Positions 26,369 through 36,569 of a stretch of 64,000 bases of DNA are shown piece by piece. Under the pieces are notes generated by a model that saw only the letters and a program-made list of their open reading frames with translations, did no database searches and had not been told where the DNA came from. How positions within the stretch are numbered: position 1 is the first letter of the stretch; every line of letters starts with the position of its first letter. Source of the stretch: an uncultured Fibrobacterota bacterium (GTDB taxonomy: Bacteria > Fibrobacterota > Chitinivibrionia > Chitinivibrionales > FEN-1185); NCBI GenBank assembly GCA_963729895.1, contig CAVSQB010000031.1, positions 1 through 64,000 of the forward strand. The letters run 5' to 3'. Both the position numbers and the translations under genes were made by a program.

Positions 26369-28045
26369 TCACCTCACCAGCTTCTTGTACTTAATTCTCC
26401 TCGGTTGTTCGGAATCCATTCCCAGCCTCGCCAGCTTCGCTTCTTCGTAGTCCGCAAAATTGCCCTCATACCAGTACGTCTGGCTTTCGCCCTCAAAAGC
26501 AAGGATATGGGTTGCGATCCGGTTGAGGAACCACCGGTCGTGGGTGATGACGACCACGCAGCCGGAAAAATCCAATATCGCCTGTTCGAGCGCCTGGAGC
26601 GTTTCCACGTCGAGGTCATTGGTGGGTTCGTCGAGCAGAAGCACGTTGCCGCCGGTCTGGAGCAGTTTGGCAAGATGCACCCTGTTGCGCTCGCCGCCCG
26701 AACAGTCTTTGATCGGCTTCTGCTGGTCGGAGCCGGAAAAGTTGAACCTGCCGACATAGGCGCGGGAGTTCATTTCCAGTTTGCCAAGCCGTATGATGTC
26801 CTGGCCGCGCGTGATTTCCTGGAAAATGGTGTTCTCCGGGTTGAGCGCGTCGCGGTTCTGGTCAACGTAGGAAAGCTGGACCGATTCCCCTATGGTAAGC
26901 TTACCCGCATCCGCCTTTTCCTGGCCCGTGATGATTTTGCACAACGTGGTCTTGCCCGCGCCGTTGGGCCCGATGATGCCCACGATGCCCGCGCGGGGCA
27001 GGCTGAAACTCATGTTTTCGAATAACAGTTTGTCGCCGTAGCCCTTGCCCAGGTTTTCCGCGCGTATAACAAGGTCGCCCAGCCGGGGACCGTGCGGTAT
27101 GACGATCGTGGCGGTGCCGAGTTTCTCCGGCCCTTCATGGCTGCGCAACTCCTCGTACGCGTTAAGCCGCGCCTTGCCCTTGGCCTGACGCGCCCGCTGC
27201 GACAGATGTATCCAGTCGAGCTCCTTTTTCAGGCGCGCCTGCCTGTTGCTTTCTTCGCGTTCCTCCTGCTCCATGCGCTGTGTTTTCTGTTCGAGCCACG
27301 ACGAGTAATTGCCCTGCCACGGGATGCCTCTTCCCCTGTCAAGCTCGAGTATCCAGCCCGCAACGTTGTCGAGAAAATACCGGTCGTGCGTGGTGAGGAT
27401 AACGGAACCTTTGTATTCCTTGAGATGCCGCTCGAGCCAGGCCACCGATTCCGCATCCAGGTGGTTTGTCGGTTCGTCGAGGAGAAGCAGGTCGGGTTCC
27501 TCCAACAAAAGCCGGCACAAAGCGACGCGGCGCCTTTCGCCGCCGGAAAGCGTTGCAACGGTCGCGTCTGCCGGCGGCAGTCGCAGGGCGTCCATGGCTA
27601 TTTCCATGTGGCGGTCAAGCTCCCACAGATCGGCCGCGTCTATCCGGTCCTGCAGTTTTGCCTGGCGGTCCATGAGCTTCTGCATGGCTTCGTCGGACAT
27701 GGATTCGCCGAATGCGGCCGAAACGTCGTCGAATTCCTTGAGAATCGCCCGCTTGTGCGCCACGGCAATTTCGACGTTTCCCCTTACGTCAAGTTTCTCG
27801 TCGAGAACGGGTTCCTGCGGCAGATACCCCACGGTGCGGCCCTGCTCGATCCATGCCTCGCCCTGGAACTCGGTGTCAAGGCCTGCCATGATTCGCATGA
27901 GCGTGCTCTTGCCCGAACCGTTGATGCCGATGATCCCGATTTTGGCGCCGTAATAGAATGAAAGCGAGATTTCCTTAAGCACTTCCTTCTTGGGCGGGAA
28001 AATTTTGGTCATTCTGCTCATAAAGTAGACGAATTTTTCGGGCAT
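26369..28045 (-). CDS. ettA: Energy-dependent translational throttle ABC-F protein
   Basis: KEVLKEISLSFYYGAKIG, LSGGERRRVALCRLLL, GRGIPWQGNYSSWLEQK, QPRRIKYKKL. Confidence 0.95.
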   Translation of the reverse strand: MPEKFVYFMSRMTKIFPPKKEVLKEISLSFYYGAKIGIIGINGSGKSTLMRIMAGLDTEFQGEAWIEQGRTVGYLPQEPVLDEKLDVRGNVEIAVAHKRAILKEFDDVSAAFGESMSDEAMQKLMDRQAKLQDRIDAADLWELDRHMEIAMDALRLPPADATVATLSGGERRRVALCRLLLEEPDLLLLDEPTNHLDAESVAWLERHLKEYKGSVILTTHDRYFLDNVAGWILELDRGRGIPWQGNYSSWLEQKTQRMEQEEREESNRQARLKKELDWIHLSQRARQAKGKARLNAYEELRSHEGPEKLGTATIVIPHGPRLGDLVIRAENLGKGYGDKLLFENMSFSLPRAGIVGIIGPNGAGKTTLCKIITGQEKADAGKLTIGESVQLSYVDQNRDALNPENTIFQEITRGQDIIRLGKLEMNSRAYVGRFNFSGSDQQKPIKDCSGGERNRVHLAKLLQTGGNVLLLDEPTNDLDVETLQALEQAILDFSGCVVVITHDRWFLNRIATHILAFEGESQTYWYEGNFADYEEAKLARLGMDSEQPRRIKYKKLVR

Positions 28046-28171
28046 GGATAGGCGTTCTTTCTTGGTGATTTTGTGAGGTCCGATTTCTCGTACTAGTTTT
28101 TGTTGAGGAGTAAAATAACTTGAAGAAGATGTTTGCGGGGACTGAATCAAGAAGAGAATAAAATAGGAAGG

Positions 28172-28316
28172 TTGGGCGCCTGCCTTCGGCACCGGCCCTC
28201 GCTCCGGTCTCGGCCTTCGGCCTCCGGCCGCCACGGCACTAGGCCGCTTCGCGGTGCGTCCGGGCGGCACCGCGTTCTAGCGCGGCCTCCGTTCCGGCCT
28301 GGCGCAAGCGCAGGAG
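28172..28316 (+). repeat. Module B, diverged short variant
   Basis: TTGGGCGCC..GGCCCTC..CTCGGCCTTCGGCCTC..GCACCGCG..CGCGG..TCCGGCCTGGCGC..GCAGGAG. Confidence 0.7.
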
Positions 28317-28746
28317 ACAAGTGCTTGCTTGCATATTTATCACTTCTTGACATACGCTAACCTACGAAAGTGATTGTGCCCCAAGTAGCCATCGCCGCGT
28401 GGCGGCATGCCGCTGAGGTTGCGTTGCGAAGGGGCGACGCCGCGCGAGCGTAAGTCGAGCGCGATCGCGCGCACCTTCGCTGGAGGGGGTATGCCCCAAG
28501 ACACCGCAGTCCCGCGGGACGAGGAGGCGTGGGGCCAGGGGGAAACGCCAAGCGGTGCCCCCACCAGCTTTTACTGTATAGATGTAAACGGTAAAAATTC
28601 TCACAACCGGTTCCCCTTTAACCTCATCACACAATGAATTATTTTGAGGCTTCTCCCGACGCACCTGTTTTTGTGAAATTTATCACGTAAGTTCTTTTCC
28701 GCTTCCCTTCCTCGAATTGTCAAAGTGAAAAGGGGAAATCCGATTT

Positions 28747-29778
28747 ATGGAACTCCTGCAGATTTCAAAAGAAGGGCTTCTTGATTTTGTCGGAACCCTG
28801 GTTGCCGGCCCGCTTGACATCATCGGCATTGTGCAGAAAGACGGCCGGTTTGACTACGACAAACTCGAGGACGCAAAAAGCCTTCGACTGGATTTCGACG
28901 AGGCGCTGTACTCGCCCAAGCGGTACCTGTTTCCGCCCAAGGAAGCGCTTCTCTCCTATGCGCCGAAGGACCCGGCCTCGTATGAGCCGGTGTACGCCCA
29001 AAAGCCGCAGGCGATTATCGGCATTCATCCGGGAGATCTGGCGGCAATCGCCATGCTCGACAAGGCATTTACGGAAGCGAACATCGACGCCCACTATTGC
29101 GCCCGCAGGGAAAAAACCACGCTCGTCGGCATTTACCCGACAAAACCGGGAGCCTACCGGTTTACGTCGTCGATGATCAAGCCCCAGGAACCGTACCTGG
29201 CGGCCGACGCCTTTCTCGTCGACCTGGGCGGCGATTCGTATGCCGTGGAAATCGTCACCGACCGCGGCAAGGAGTTCTTTTCTACCAGCGCGGCAACGGC
29301 TGCGGAGGCGGACACAAAGACAAGAGCCGAACGCATGAAGACTGCGGTGAAAGACCCCGTTTCTCTTTCTGTAAAGAGAGACGATCTGCCCTCGTTCCTG
29401 GACGGCAAAGAACATCACCCGGTGTGGGAAACGCGCGCAGCCAAATGTTTTTCCTGCGGTTCGTGCGTCACCGTATGTCCAACCTGCTACTGCTTCGACG
29501 TGCTCGACGAACTCGACCTGTCGTTCGAATACGGCCTTCGCTTCCGCACGTGGGACGCGTGCGTGCTCGATCCCTTTGCCGTGTGCGCGGGCGGGCACAA
29601 CTTCCGCAAGAAACCGGCCGACCGGATACGGCACCGGCTCTACCGGAAGCAGAAGTTCCTTCTTGAAAAACTCGGCCTTGCCGGATGCGTCGGCTGCGGG
29701 CGGTGCAAAAAAGCGTGCGTGCCCGACATCGCGTTTCCGCCCGACATCGACAACGACCTGCTCGGAAAGGGGGCATAA
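28747..29778 (+). CDS. Group 3b [NiFe]-hydrogenase beta (4Fe-4S) subunit
   Basis: CFSCGSCVTVCPTCYCF and GCVGCGRCKKAC. Confidence 0.9.
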   Translation: MELLQISKEGLLDFVGTLVAGPLDIIGIVQKDGRFDYDKLEDAKSLRLDFDEALYSPKRYLFPPKEALLSYAPKDPASYEPVYAQKPQAIIGIHPGDLAAIAMLDKAFTEANIDAHYCARREKTTLVGIYPTKPGAYRFTSSMIKPQEPYLAADAFLVDLGGDSYAVEIVTDRGKEFFSTSAATAAEADTKTRAERMKTAVKDPVSLSVKRDDLPSFLDGKEHHPVWETRAAKCFSCGSCVTVCPTCYCFDVLDELDLSFEYGLRFRTWDACVLDPFAVCAGGHNFRKKPADRIRHRLYRKQKFLLEKLGLAGCVGCGRCKKACVPDIAFPPDIDNDLLGKGA

Positions 29779-29779
29779 C

Positions 29780-30631
29780 ATGTGCGAAGGATGCGGATGC
29801 CGGCAACAGGAATCGCTCTACATGCCCAGGACGGCAACCGTGGTGCGCACCAGCCCCCTCACCGACAAGGACAGGTTCTTCGAATTCAAGCTTGACGGAC
29901 AAGATTTGGGCCACAAGCCGGGCCAGTTTGCCGAACTTTCCATTCCCGGCATCGGCGAGGCGCCCATTTCCGTCTCGTCATCGCCCACAAAAAAGGGAAG
30001 TTTCGAAATGGTGATACGCAAAGTGGGGAAAGTCACCAGCGCCATCCACGATCTGAAATCCGGGGACACCCTCGGCGTGCGCGGGCCGTTCGGCACGCAT
30101 TTTCCCATGGACGAATTGCACGGCAAAGACCTGTTTTTTATCGGCGGAGGGATCGGACTCGTTCCCATGCGCTCGGCAATCAATTTTGCATTTGACAACA
30201 GGAAGAACTACGGCGCCATCACCATCCTTTTCGGCTGTGTGGACCCGGGCCAGCGGCTCTTTGTGGACGAGTTGAAACGATGGGGCGCGCTGGAGGGCAT
30301 CACGTTTCTGGAAACCGTGGACCGGTGCAAGGAAGGAGAATGGAAAGGGAACGTCGGCGTCATCACCACCCTTTTTCCGAAAGTGAAAGATACCGTCAAT
30401 CCGAAAACAGCCGCGGCGATCGTCGTGGGCCCGCCGATCATGTACAAATTCGTGATCCTGGAACTGCGCTCCATGGGATTCAAGGAGGCGGATGTCATCG
30501 TTTCGCTGGAGCGCAGGATGAAATGCGGAGTCGGCAAGTGCGGTCACTGCCAGATCGACGGCGTGTACGTGTGCCAGGATGGTCCGGTGTTTACGCTCGA
30601 GAGCATTTCGCACCTCGTGGAGGCGCTGTAA
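29780..30631 (+). CDS. Group 3b hydrogenase gamma (FAD/NAD(P)) subunit
   Basis: PGQF..GEAPISVSS, RGPFG, GGGIGLVP, ERRMKCGVGKCGHCQ. Confidence 0.9.
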   Translation: MCEGCGCRQQESLYMPRTATVVRTSPLTDKDRFFEFKLDGQDLGHKPGQFAELSIPGIGEAPISVSSSPTKKGSFEMVIRKVGKVTSAIHDLKSGDTLGVRGPFGTHFPMDELHGKDLFFIGGGIGLVPMRSAINFAFDNRKNYGAITILFGCVDPGQRLFVDELKRWGALEGITFLETVDRCKEGEWKGNVGVITTLFPKVKDTVNPKTAAAIVVGPPIMYKFVILELRSMGFKEADVIVSLERRMKCGVGKCGHCQIDGVYVCQDGPVFTLESISHLVEAL

Positions 30632-30632
30632 C

Positions 30633-31379
30633 ATGAAACCAAGAGTCGCGTTTTTCGATTTCGCATGCTGTGAAGGGTGCCAGCTCCAGGTGGCCAACCT
30701 CGAGGAGGACATTCTCGGGCTGGTCAACCTTGTTGACGTGGTGGAATTCCGTGAAGTGCTCACCGGCAGCGCCCCGGACTACGACGTCGCATTCATCGAA
30801 GGTTCCATCACCAGGCTCGAAGATGAGGCGCGCCTTAAGGACATCCGCAGCCGCTCAAAGCTGCTCGTATCCTACGGCGCATGTGCGGCAACCGGAGGGG
30901 TGAACAAGATAAAGAACCTGTGGGGCAACATCGAGAAGGTCAAGAAAGAAGTGTACGGGAAGTACGCAGGCATGCCCCATCTCGCAACCTATCCCACCAA
31001 GGCGGTGCACGAAGTCGTGAAAGTCGATTACTTCGTTCACGGTTGCCCCATTACGCGCTCCGAGTTTCTCAAAGTCGTCAAGGCTCTGGTCTTCGGCACC
31101 ACGCCCGACATACCCGAATATCCGGTGTGCGTAGAATGCAAGATGAGCGGCAACGAATGCATGTTCGATAAAGGCGGCGTCTGCCTGGGACCGGTCACGC
31201 GCGCGGGCTGCAACGCGATATGCCCGGGCAACAACGTGTCGTGCGAAGGATGCCGGGGCGCGGTGCCCAACCCGAACAACAACGCCATGCACGAGGTCCT
31301 GGCGAAATACAAGCTGTCGGTTGACGACATCAAACGTCAGTTCACCATGTACGCGTTAGATCCGGAGGTCGGGAAATGA
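30633..31379 (+). CDS. Group 3b hydrogenase delta (small) subunit
   Basis: FDFACCEGCQL, EGSIT, GACAATGG, CLGPVTRAGC. Confidence 0.9.
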   Translation: MKPRVAFFDFACCEGCQLQVANLEEDILGLVNLVDVVEFREVLTGSAPDYDVAFIEGSITRLEDEARLKDIRSRSKLLVSYGACAATGGVNKIKNLWGNIEKVKKEVYGKYAGMPHLATYPTKAVHEVVKVDYFVHGCPITRSEFLKVVKALVFGTTPDIPEYPVCVECKMSGNECMFDKGGVCLGPVTRAGCNAICPGNNVSCEGCRGAVPNPNNNAMHEVLAKYKLSVDDIKRQFTMYALDPEVGK

Positions 31380-32656
31380 GCTCCAACGACATTCACATAG
31401 ACGTGCACCATGTCACCAGGGTCGAAGGACACGGGAACATCCTTGTCGACATAGACAAAGGGGAAGTAAAAACGGTTCGCTGGAGCGTTCCCGAGGCCCC
31501 GCGCTTCTTCGAGGCAATGGTTGTGGGACGGGATTGCACCGAACTGCAGCCCATCACCTCGCGAATCTGCGGCATCTGTTCGATAGGGCACTCCTTTGCA
31601 TCACTCAAGGCCACCGAGGCCGCCATGCGCATCACCATTTCCGAGCAGACCCACAGGCTCCGCAGGATATTGAATCACGGTGAAAATCTGCAAAGCCATG
31701 TTCTCCATGTCGGGTACCTTGCCCTTCCCGACCTTCTCAAAGTTGGAAGCGTTATCCCTCTGGCAACCACGCACAAGGACGCGGTGCTCCTTGTTGTCAA
31801 GTTGCACCGCCTGGCGAATGAAACCTGCGACATCGTGGGCGGCCGCACCACACACCCCATCCGCACCTGCATCGGCGGGTTCACCAAGGTGCCCGCCGAA
31901 AAAGAACTTGCAGCGCTCAAGGCCCGTTTCGAGGCAGCGATTCCGGATCTCAAGACCCTTGCTGGTGTTGTCAAATCAGTTGCCGGCGGCCTGCCGGACT
32001 TTGTGCGGGAAACGGAATACGTGTCGCTCACCGATCAGGCGGAATATGCCCTGTACGACGGAATGATTAAATCCACCGACGTCGAGGACGCAATCCCGGT
32101 TGACCAGTATCTCCGCGTCACAAACGAATACATGAATTCGCAATCCACCGCCAAATGGGCAAAATTCAACCGCGAATCCTATATGGCCGGTGCGCTGGCG
32201 CGATTCAACAACAACCATGCCCGGCTTCCCCCGCTCGCCAGGGCCGTTGCCGCCGATCTGGGACTGGCCGCCCCGTGTTACAATCCGTACTTCAACACCG
32301 TGGCGCAGGTCGTGGAATGCGTCTATTCGGTGGAAAGAACCATCGAGCACCTGAACTGGCTCCTTGACAAAGGCATCAAGAACGAACCCGTCTCCGTGAG
32401 GCCTCGCGAGGGCCGCGGCGTGGGCGCCGTGGAGGTGCCGCGCGGCATCCTGTTCCACGATTACACCTACGATAAGAACGGAAAATGCGTCAAGGCGAAC
32501 TGCATTATCCCCACCAACCAGAACCATGCCAACATCCAGAAGGACATGGACAAGCTGGTGCCGCAGTTCAAAGACCGGGGAAAAGACGAACTGCAGTTGA
32601 TGCTCGAGATGCTTGTGCGCGCGTACGATCCGTGTATTTCGTGCTCGACGCACTGA
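31376..32656 (+). CDS. Group 3b hydrogenase alpha ([NiFe] large) subunit
   Basis: TRVEGHG, RICGIC (L1), EVPRG, DPCISCSTH (L2). Confidence 0.93.
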   Translation: MSSNDIHIDVHHVTRVEGHGNILVDIDKGEVKTVRWSVPEAPRFFEAMVVGRDCTELQPITSRICGICSIGHSFASLKATEAAMRITISEQTHRLRRILNHGENLQSHVLHVGYLALPDLLKVGSVIPLATTHKDAVLLVVKLHRLANETCDIVGGRTTHPIRTCIGGFTKVPAEKELAALKARFEAAIPDLKTLAGVVKSVAGGLPDFVRETEYVSLTDQAEYALYDGMIKSTDVEDAIPVDQYLRVTNEYMNSQSTAKWAKFNRESYMAGALARFNNNHARLPPLARAVAADLGLAAPCYNPYFNTVAQVVECVYSVERTIEHLNWLLDKGIKNEPVSVRPREGRGVGAVEVPRGILFHDYTYDKNGKCVKANCIIPTNQNHANIQKDMDKLVPQFKDRGKDELQLMLEMLVRAYDPCISCSTH

Positions 32657-32703
32657 GTTGACGGGCCAATGCGTTGATGAGTTGATGAGTATACAAAACC
32701 ATG

Positions 32704-32755
32704 GTCATCGCGAGTCCTTCGACTTTGCTCAGGACAGGCTCCGCGAAGCGATCTC
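32704..32755. repeat. REP-like element
   Basis: GTCATCGCGAG..CTTCGACTTTGCTCAGGACAGG..GAAGCGATCTC; CTTCGAC..GCTCAG also at ~7505. Confidence 0.55.
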
Positions 32756-32859
32756 CCGTTGATCCTTCAAAAGATAGATTTGCCTCTCATTGTAACTCAC
32801 TTATTCTCTTCTTTGCGCCCTTTGCGTCTTTGCGGTGAGGTCTTTTTCAGGAAATCCCG

Positions 32860-33195
32860 ATGCACGAATATTCCGTCGCCTGCGAAATAGCTGCCCTTGT
32901 CAAGCAATCCGCGCAAGGCCGCCCCGTAAAACAAATCTCGCTCGCCGTGGGAGCGCTGAGTGGTATATTTACCGAGTCTCTGCTCATGTATCTGGGGCTG
33001 GTCCTGCCCGACATGGGCATGAACAATGTCGCAATCGAAACCAAAGACGTGCCGGCCACCTTCGCGTGCACGTGCGGAGCGACGTACGCGGCCGACACCG
33101 TCGCTTCGGTATGCCCCGCGTGCGGCGGATACAACAGAACAATCACCGCGGGCGCCGATTGCACGGTGGAAAGCATCGAGGTAGAGGATGATTGA
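32860..33195 (+). CDS. hypA: Hydrogenase nickel metallochaperone
   Basis: MHEYS, VGALSG, CTCG..CPACG. Confidence 0.92.
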   Translation: MHEYSVACEIAALVKQSAQGRPVKQISLAVGALSGIFTESLLMYLGLVLPDMGMNNVAIETKDVPATFACTCGATYAADTVASVCPACGGYNRTITAGADCTVESIEVEDD

Positions 33196-33841
33196 AAAAC
33201 TGCGGCTTGCGAAAAGTGCGCATGCGCTCAACGACGTGGTTGCGGAGCACAACAGGCGCATGTTCAAAGAGGCCGGAATCACCGTTGTCAATATGATCAG
33301 CTCTCCCGGCTCCGGCAAGACGTCTCTCCTCGAAGCGCTTGCGCGGCGCATGCACCGCACGCTCCTGGTGATCACGGGCGACATCCAGACCCAACTCGAC
33401 AAAGAGAGAATCGAAAAAGCCGGCGCCCAGGCAATCCAGATCGAGACGCGGGGATCGTGCCACCTGTCGGCCGCCATGATAAACGCTGTCGTCAAGGGGC
33501 TTTCGTTCTCCGGCCTCGAACTCCTCGTGATCGAAAACGTCGGCAATCTCGTGTGCCCGTCTTCCTACGACCTTGGCGAACACGAGAAGATTGCCGTGCT
33601 GTCGGTCGCCGAAGGAGACGAGAAGCCGATCAAGTATCCCACCCTGTTCATCCGGGCCGGCGCCGTGGTGATCAACAAGATCGACCTGTTGCCATATGTC
33701 AATTTCGACATGGACCGCGCGCTCAGCGACGTCAGAAAGTTGAAGCACGACGCGGAGATCTTCAAGACGTCGTGCGTTACCGGGGAAGGGATAGACGGGC
33801 TGTCGTCTTATCTTGGAAGCCTGCGGTCTCTCGTCCCCTGA
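33188..33841 (+). CDS. hypB: Hydrogenase nickel-insertion GTPase
   Basis: SSPGSGKT, CHL, IENVGNLVCP, EGDEKPIKYP, NKID. Confidence 0.95.
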   Translation: MIEKLRLAKSAHALNDVVAEHNRRMFKEAGITVVNMISSPGSGKTSLLEALARRMHRTLLVITGDIQTQLDKERIEKAGAQAIQIETRGSCHLSAAMINAVVKGLSFSGLELLVIENVGNLVCPSSYDLGEHEKIAVLSVAEGDEKPIKYPTLFIRAGAVVINKIDLLPYVNFDMDRALSDVRKLKHDAEIFKTSCVTGEGIDGLSSYLGSLRSLVP

Positions 33842-33884
33842 CCGGGGCCGGTCCGCCCCTTTCTCCCCGGAAGCCCCTCGCGCC

Positions 33885-36173
33885 ATGAAACCGAACGTCC
33901 GCTTCTTCATCACGATCAAAGGAACCGTCCAGGGCGTCGGGTTCAGGCCCTTTGTGTACCGTTGCGCCAAACAATGGCGTATCCGCGGCGACGTGCGCAA
34001 CGACAGTTCCGGCGTTACGATCAACGCATGCGGGAGCCGGGAAGATCTTGAAGCATTTCTCCGTTCAATCAAGGAATCGGCCCCGCCGCTTGCCGTTATC
34101 CGGTCGATTGACGTGCGCGAGGGGCCTGCCGGCGCCGCGCCGGCGGGATTCGTTATCGCCGAAAGCGGGAGCGGCCAGACCGCCGAAATCGACATCTCAC
34201 GCGATACTGCCGTCTGCCCGGCCTGCCGTGCCGAGATGTTCGACGCAACCAACAGGCGGTATCTTCATCCCTTTATCAACTGTACCGATTGCGGCCCCCG
34301 CTACACCATCATCAAAGGTCTGCCCTACGACAGGCCGCAAACGACCATGGCCGCATTTCCAATGTGCGCTGCATGCAGGAAGGACTACGAGGATCCGGAC
34401 AACCGCAGGTTTCATGCGCAGCCGACATGCTGCAATGAGTGCGGACCCCGGCTCGTGCTGACTGATTCCCGGGGCGATCTTCTCACAGACACGAACCCTG
34501 TCGCCGGTGCAAGAGAAATGCTTGCCCAAGACAAAATCCTGGCCATCAAAGGGATCGGCGGATTTCACCTCGCCTGCCGGGCCGACAGTCATCAAGCCGT
34601 TGGTCAATTGCGGCTGCGCAAACGCCGCGAGGAAAAGCCGTTTGCACTCATGGTTGCCGATACTGCGGAGGCAAAGCGGTTCGCGTTCGTTTCGCAGACG
34701 GAGCAGGCCATGCTCGAAAGTCCGGAGCGACCGATAGTTCTTTTGAAGAGACGGGACGATTGCCCCGGTATCGCTTCGGAAGTCGCGCCCGGTTTGCCGA
34801 CCCTCGGCATTATGCTCCCGTACACGCCGGTCCATCACCTGCTGTTTAAGGACGCCGGCCTCCCGGCGCTCGTCATGACAAGCGCGAACCTTGCCGACCG
34901 GCCCATCATTCACGACGACCAAACCGCGTATGGCTCGCTGGCGGGAATCGCGGACGCCTTTCTCACGCATGACCGCGCCATTTACATGCGCAACGACGAT
35001 TCCGTTGTTCGCGTGATGCCGGAAAGTCCGGTTATTTTACGGCGTTCGCGCGGGTTTGTTCCCGAGCCTGTGCCGTCGCCCGTGGACGTCACCGGCCTTG
35101 TCGCGCTCGGCGGTGTGCTCAAGAGTACGATTGCCGTTGGCAGGAAGAAGGATTGCTATCTTTCGCACTACATCGGGTCCATCGAAACCGTGGAAGACCT
35201 CGACAGTCTGGATTTTGCTCTGTCGCACCTTACGGCCGCGCTCGGCGTGCAGCCGGAGGCCTACACGTGCGATCTTCACCCGCAGTCGCTTGTCTCTTCG
35301 TATGCGGAGAACTCCGGATTGCCGGTTGTCAAGGTACAACACCACCACGCGCACGCAGCCGCGTGCATGGCGGAAAACGGCGTCGAAGAAAGCTCCCTTG
35401 CCCTTGTGTACGACGGAACGGGCTTTGGGGAAGATGGAAGCATCTGGGGAGGCGAAATCCTGCATGCAACCTACGCCGGATATTCCCGGCTCGGCCACGC
35501 AACCTGCCTCGTTCTGCCCGGCGGCGACCAAGCCATCCGAAATCCCGGAAGAATCGCCCTTGCCGCGCTGTACAAACTCATGGGCGATCCGGCGGCAGGG
35601 GCCGTCTCGTGGATGGGCGACCAGGAAATATCCGCCGTGCTTGACATGGTGCGGTCCGGCGCACACTGCGTGCGTTCGTGCGGCATGGGCAGGCTGTTCG
35701 ACGCTGCGTCGGCGCTGCTCGGCATTTGCACAAAGCGCACCTACGAAGGCCAGCCCGCCATCATGCTCGAGGGCGCTGCCGACCCGGGCGAGACGGGCTC
35801 GTATGGATCTCCTCTGTCAATTGAGGAAGAGGGCATTCTCATCGACGGACCGGCGCTGCTCTACGACGTGCATGAGGATTTCAAGAAGGGAACGCCGGTT
35901 CCAACCATTGCCGCACGGTTCCACACTACCATTGCGCAAGCAACCGCTGCCGCGGCGCTCGTCGCCTCGCAGCAGTGCGACTGCACAACCGTGTGCCTCA
36001 GCGGCGGCGTGTTTCAGAACGCGTTCCTTGTGGAGCGCCTGATACCGCTTCTTAAACAGGCCGGATTGAAGCCGCTCATGCACAGGCGCACGCCGCCCAA
36101 TGATGAATGCATTTCGTACGGGCAGTTGGTGGTAGCGGGGGCGAGGAGGCTTTCCAAACGAGCGATCCCGTGA
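33885..36173 (+). CDS. hypF: Carbamoyltransferase
   Basis: GTVQGVGFRPFVY, Zn fingers, KGIGGFHL, QHHHAH, PPNDECISYGQ. Confidence 0.95.
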   Translation: MKPNVRFFITIKGTVQGVGFRPFVYRCAKQWRIRGDVRNDSSGVTINACGSREDLEAFLRSIKESAPPLAVIRSIDVREGPAGAAPAGFVIAESGSGQTAEIDISRDTAVCPACRAEMFDATNRRYLHPFINCTDCGPRYTIIKGLPYDRPQTTMAAFPMCAACRKDYEDPDNRRFHAQPTCCNECGPRLVLTDSRGDLLTDTNPVAGAREMLAQDKILAIKGIGGFHLACRADSHQAVGQLRLRKRREEKPFALMVADTAEAKRFAFVSQTEQAMLESPERPIVLLKRRDDCPGIASEVAPGLPTLGIMLPYTPVHHLLFKDAGLPALVMTSANLADRPIIHDDQTAYGSLAGIADAFLTHDRAIYMRNDDSVVRVMPESPVILRRSRGFVPEPVPSPVDVTGLVALGGVLKSTIAVGRKKDCYLSHYIGSIETVEDLDSLDFALSHLTAALGVQPEAYTCDLHPQSLVSSYAENSGLPVVKVQHHHAHAAACMAENGVEESSLALVYDGTGFGEDGSIWGGEILHATYAGYSRLGHATCLVLPGGDQAIRNPGRIALAALYKLMGDPAAGAVSWMGDQEISAVLDMVRSGAHCVRSCGMGRLFDAASALLGICTKRTYEGQPAIMLEGAADPGETGSYGSPLSIEEEGILIDGPALLYDVHEDFKKGTPVPTIAARFHTTIAQATAAAALVASQQCDCTTVCLSGGVFQNAFLVERLIPLLKQAGLKPLMHRRTPPNDECISYGQLVVAGARRLSKRAIP

Positions 36174-36569
36174 TATCCACCGCCGACATGATCCGGATTT
36201 TGTGGTATGTCACCTAATTTTAGGAACGTATGAAAACGGGAAAGCATATAGCGACCATTCACCACTTATGATTAATTTTGGGTTATGACAAAATGTACCG
36301 TGTTGATATTCACCCGACAGAACCCAATACCCCAGGCTGAATCGATTGTACGGCTTTACCTCTCAACTGCCGCTCCAAGGGGTGCGCACGGCAATGGCTA
36401 AAGAAGATCTAGATGCTTCTGGATAGCTATGCCGGGTGACCCCCGAGTGAGTTTGTTTGCGAGGATCCAAACTTCTGCTGGGGGGCACTCACGAAGTATC
36501 GCTGTGCATATGAAGTTACTTGGTGAGGTTTTGATTACTTTCGAGAATTTCATAACCGGGTGTTTCTAG

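Noticed and set aside
26369..28270. N-terminal extensions in the ORF track (ettA 633 aa; likewise hydrogenase gamma, der, gpsA, rlpA, TBDR)
   Set aside because: They run through repeats or upstream genes; family homology starts at the downstream starts used here.
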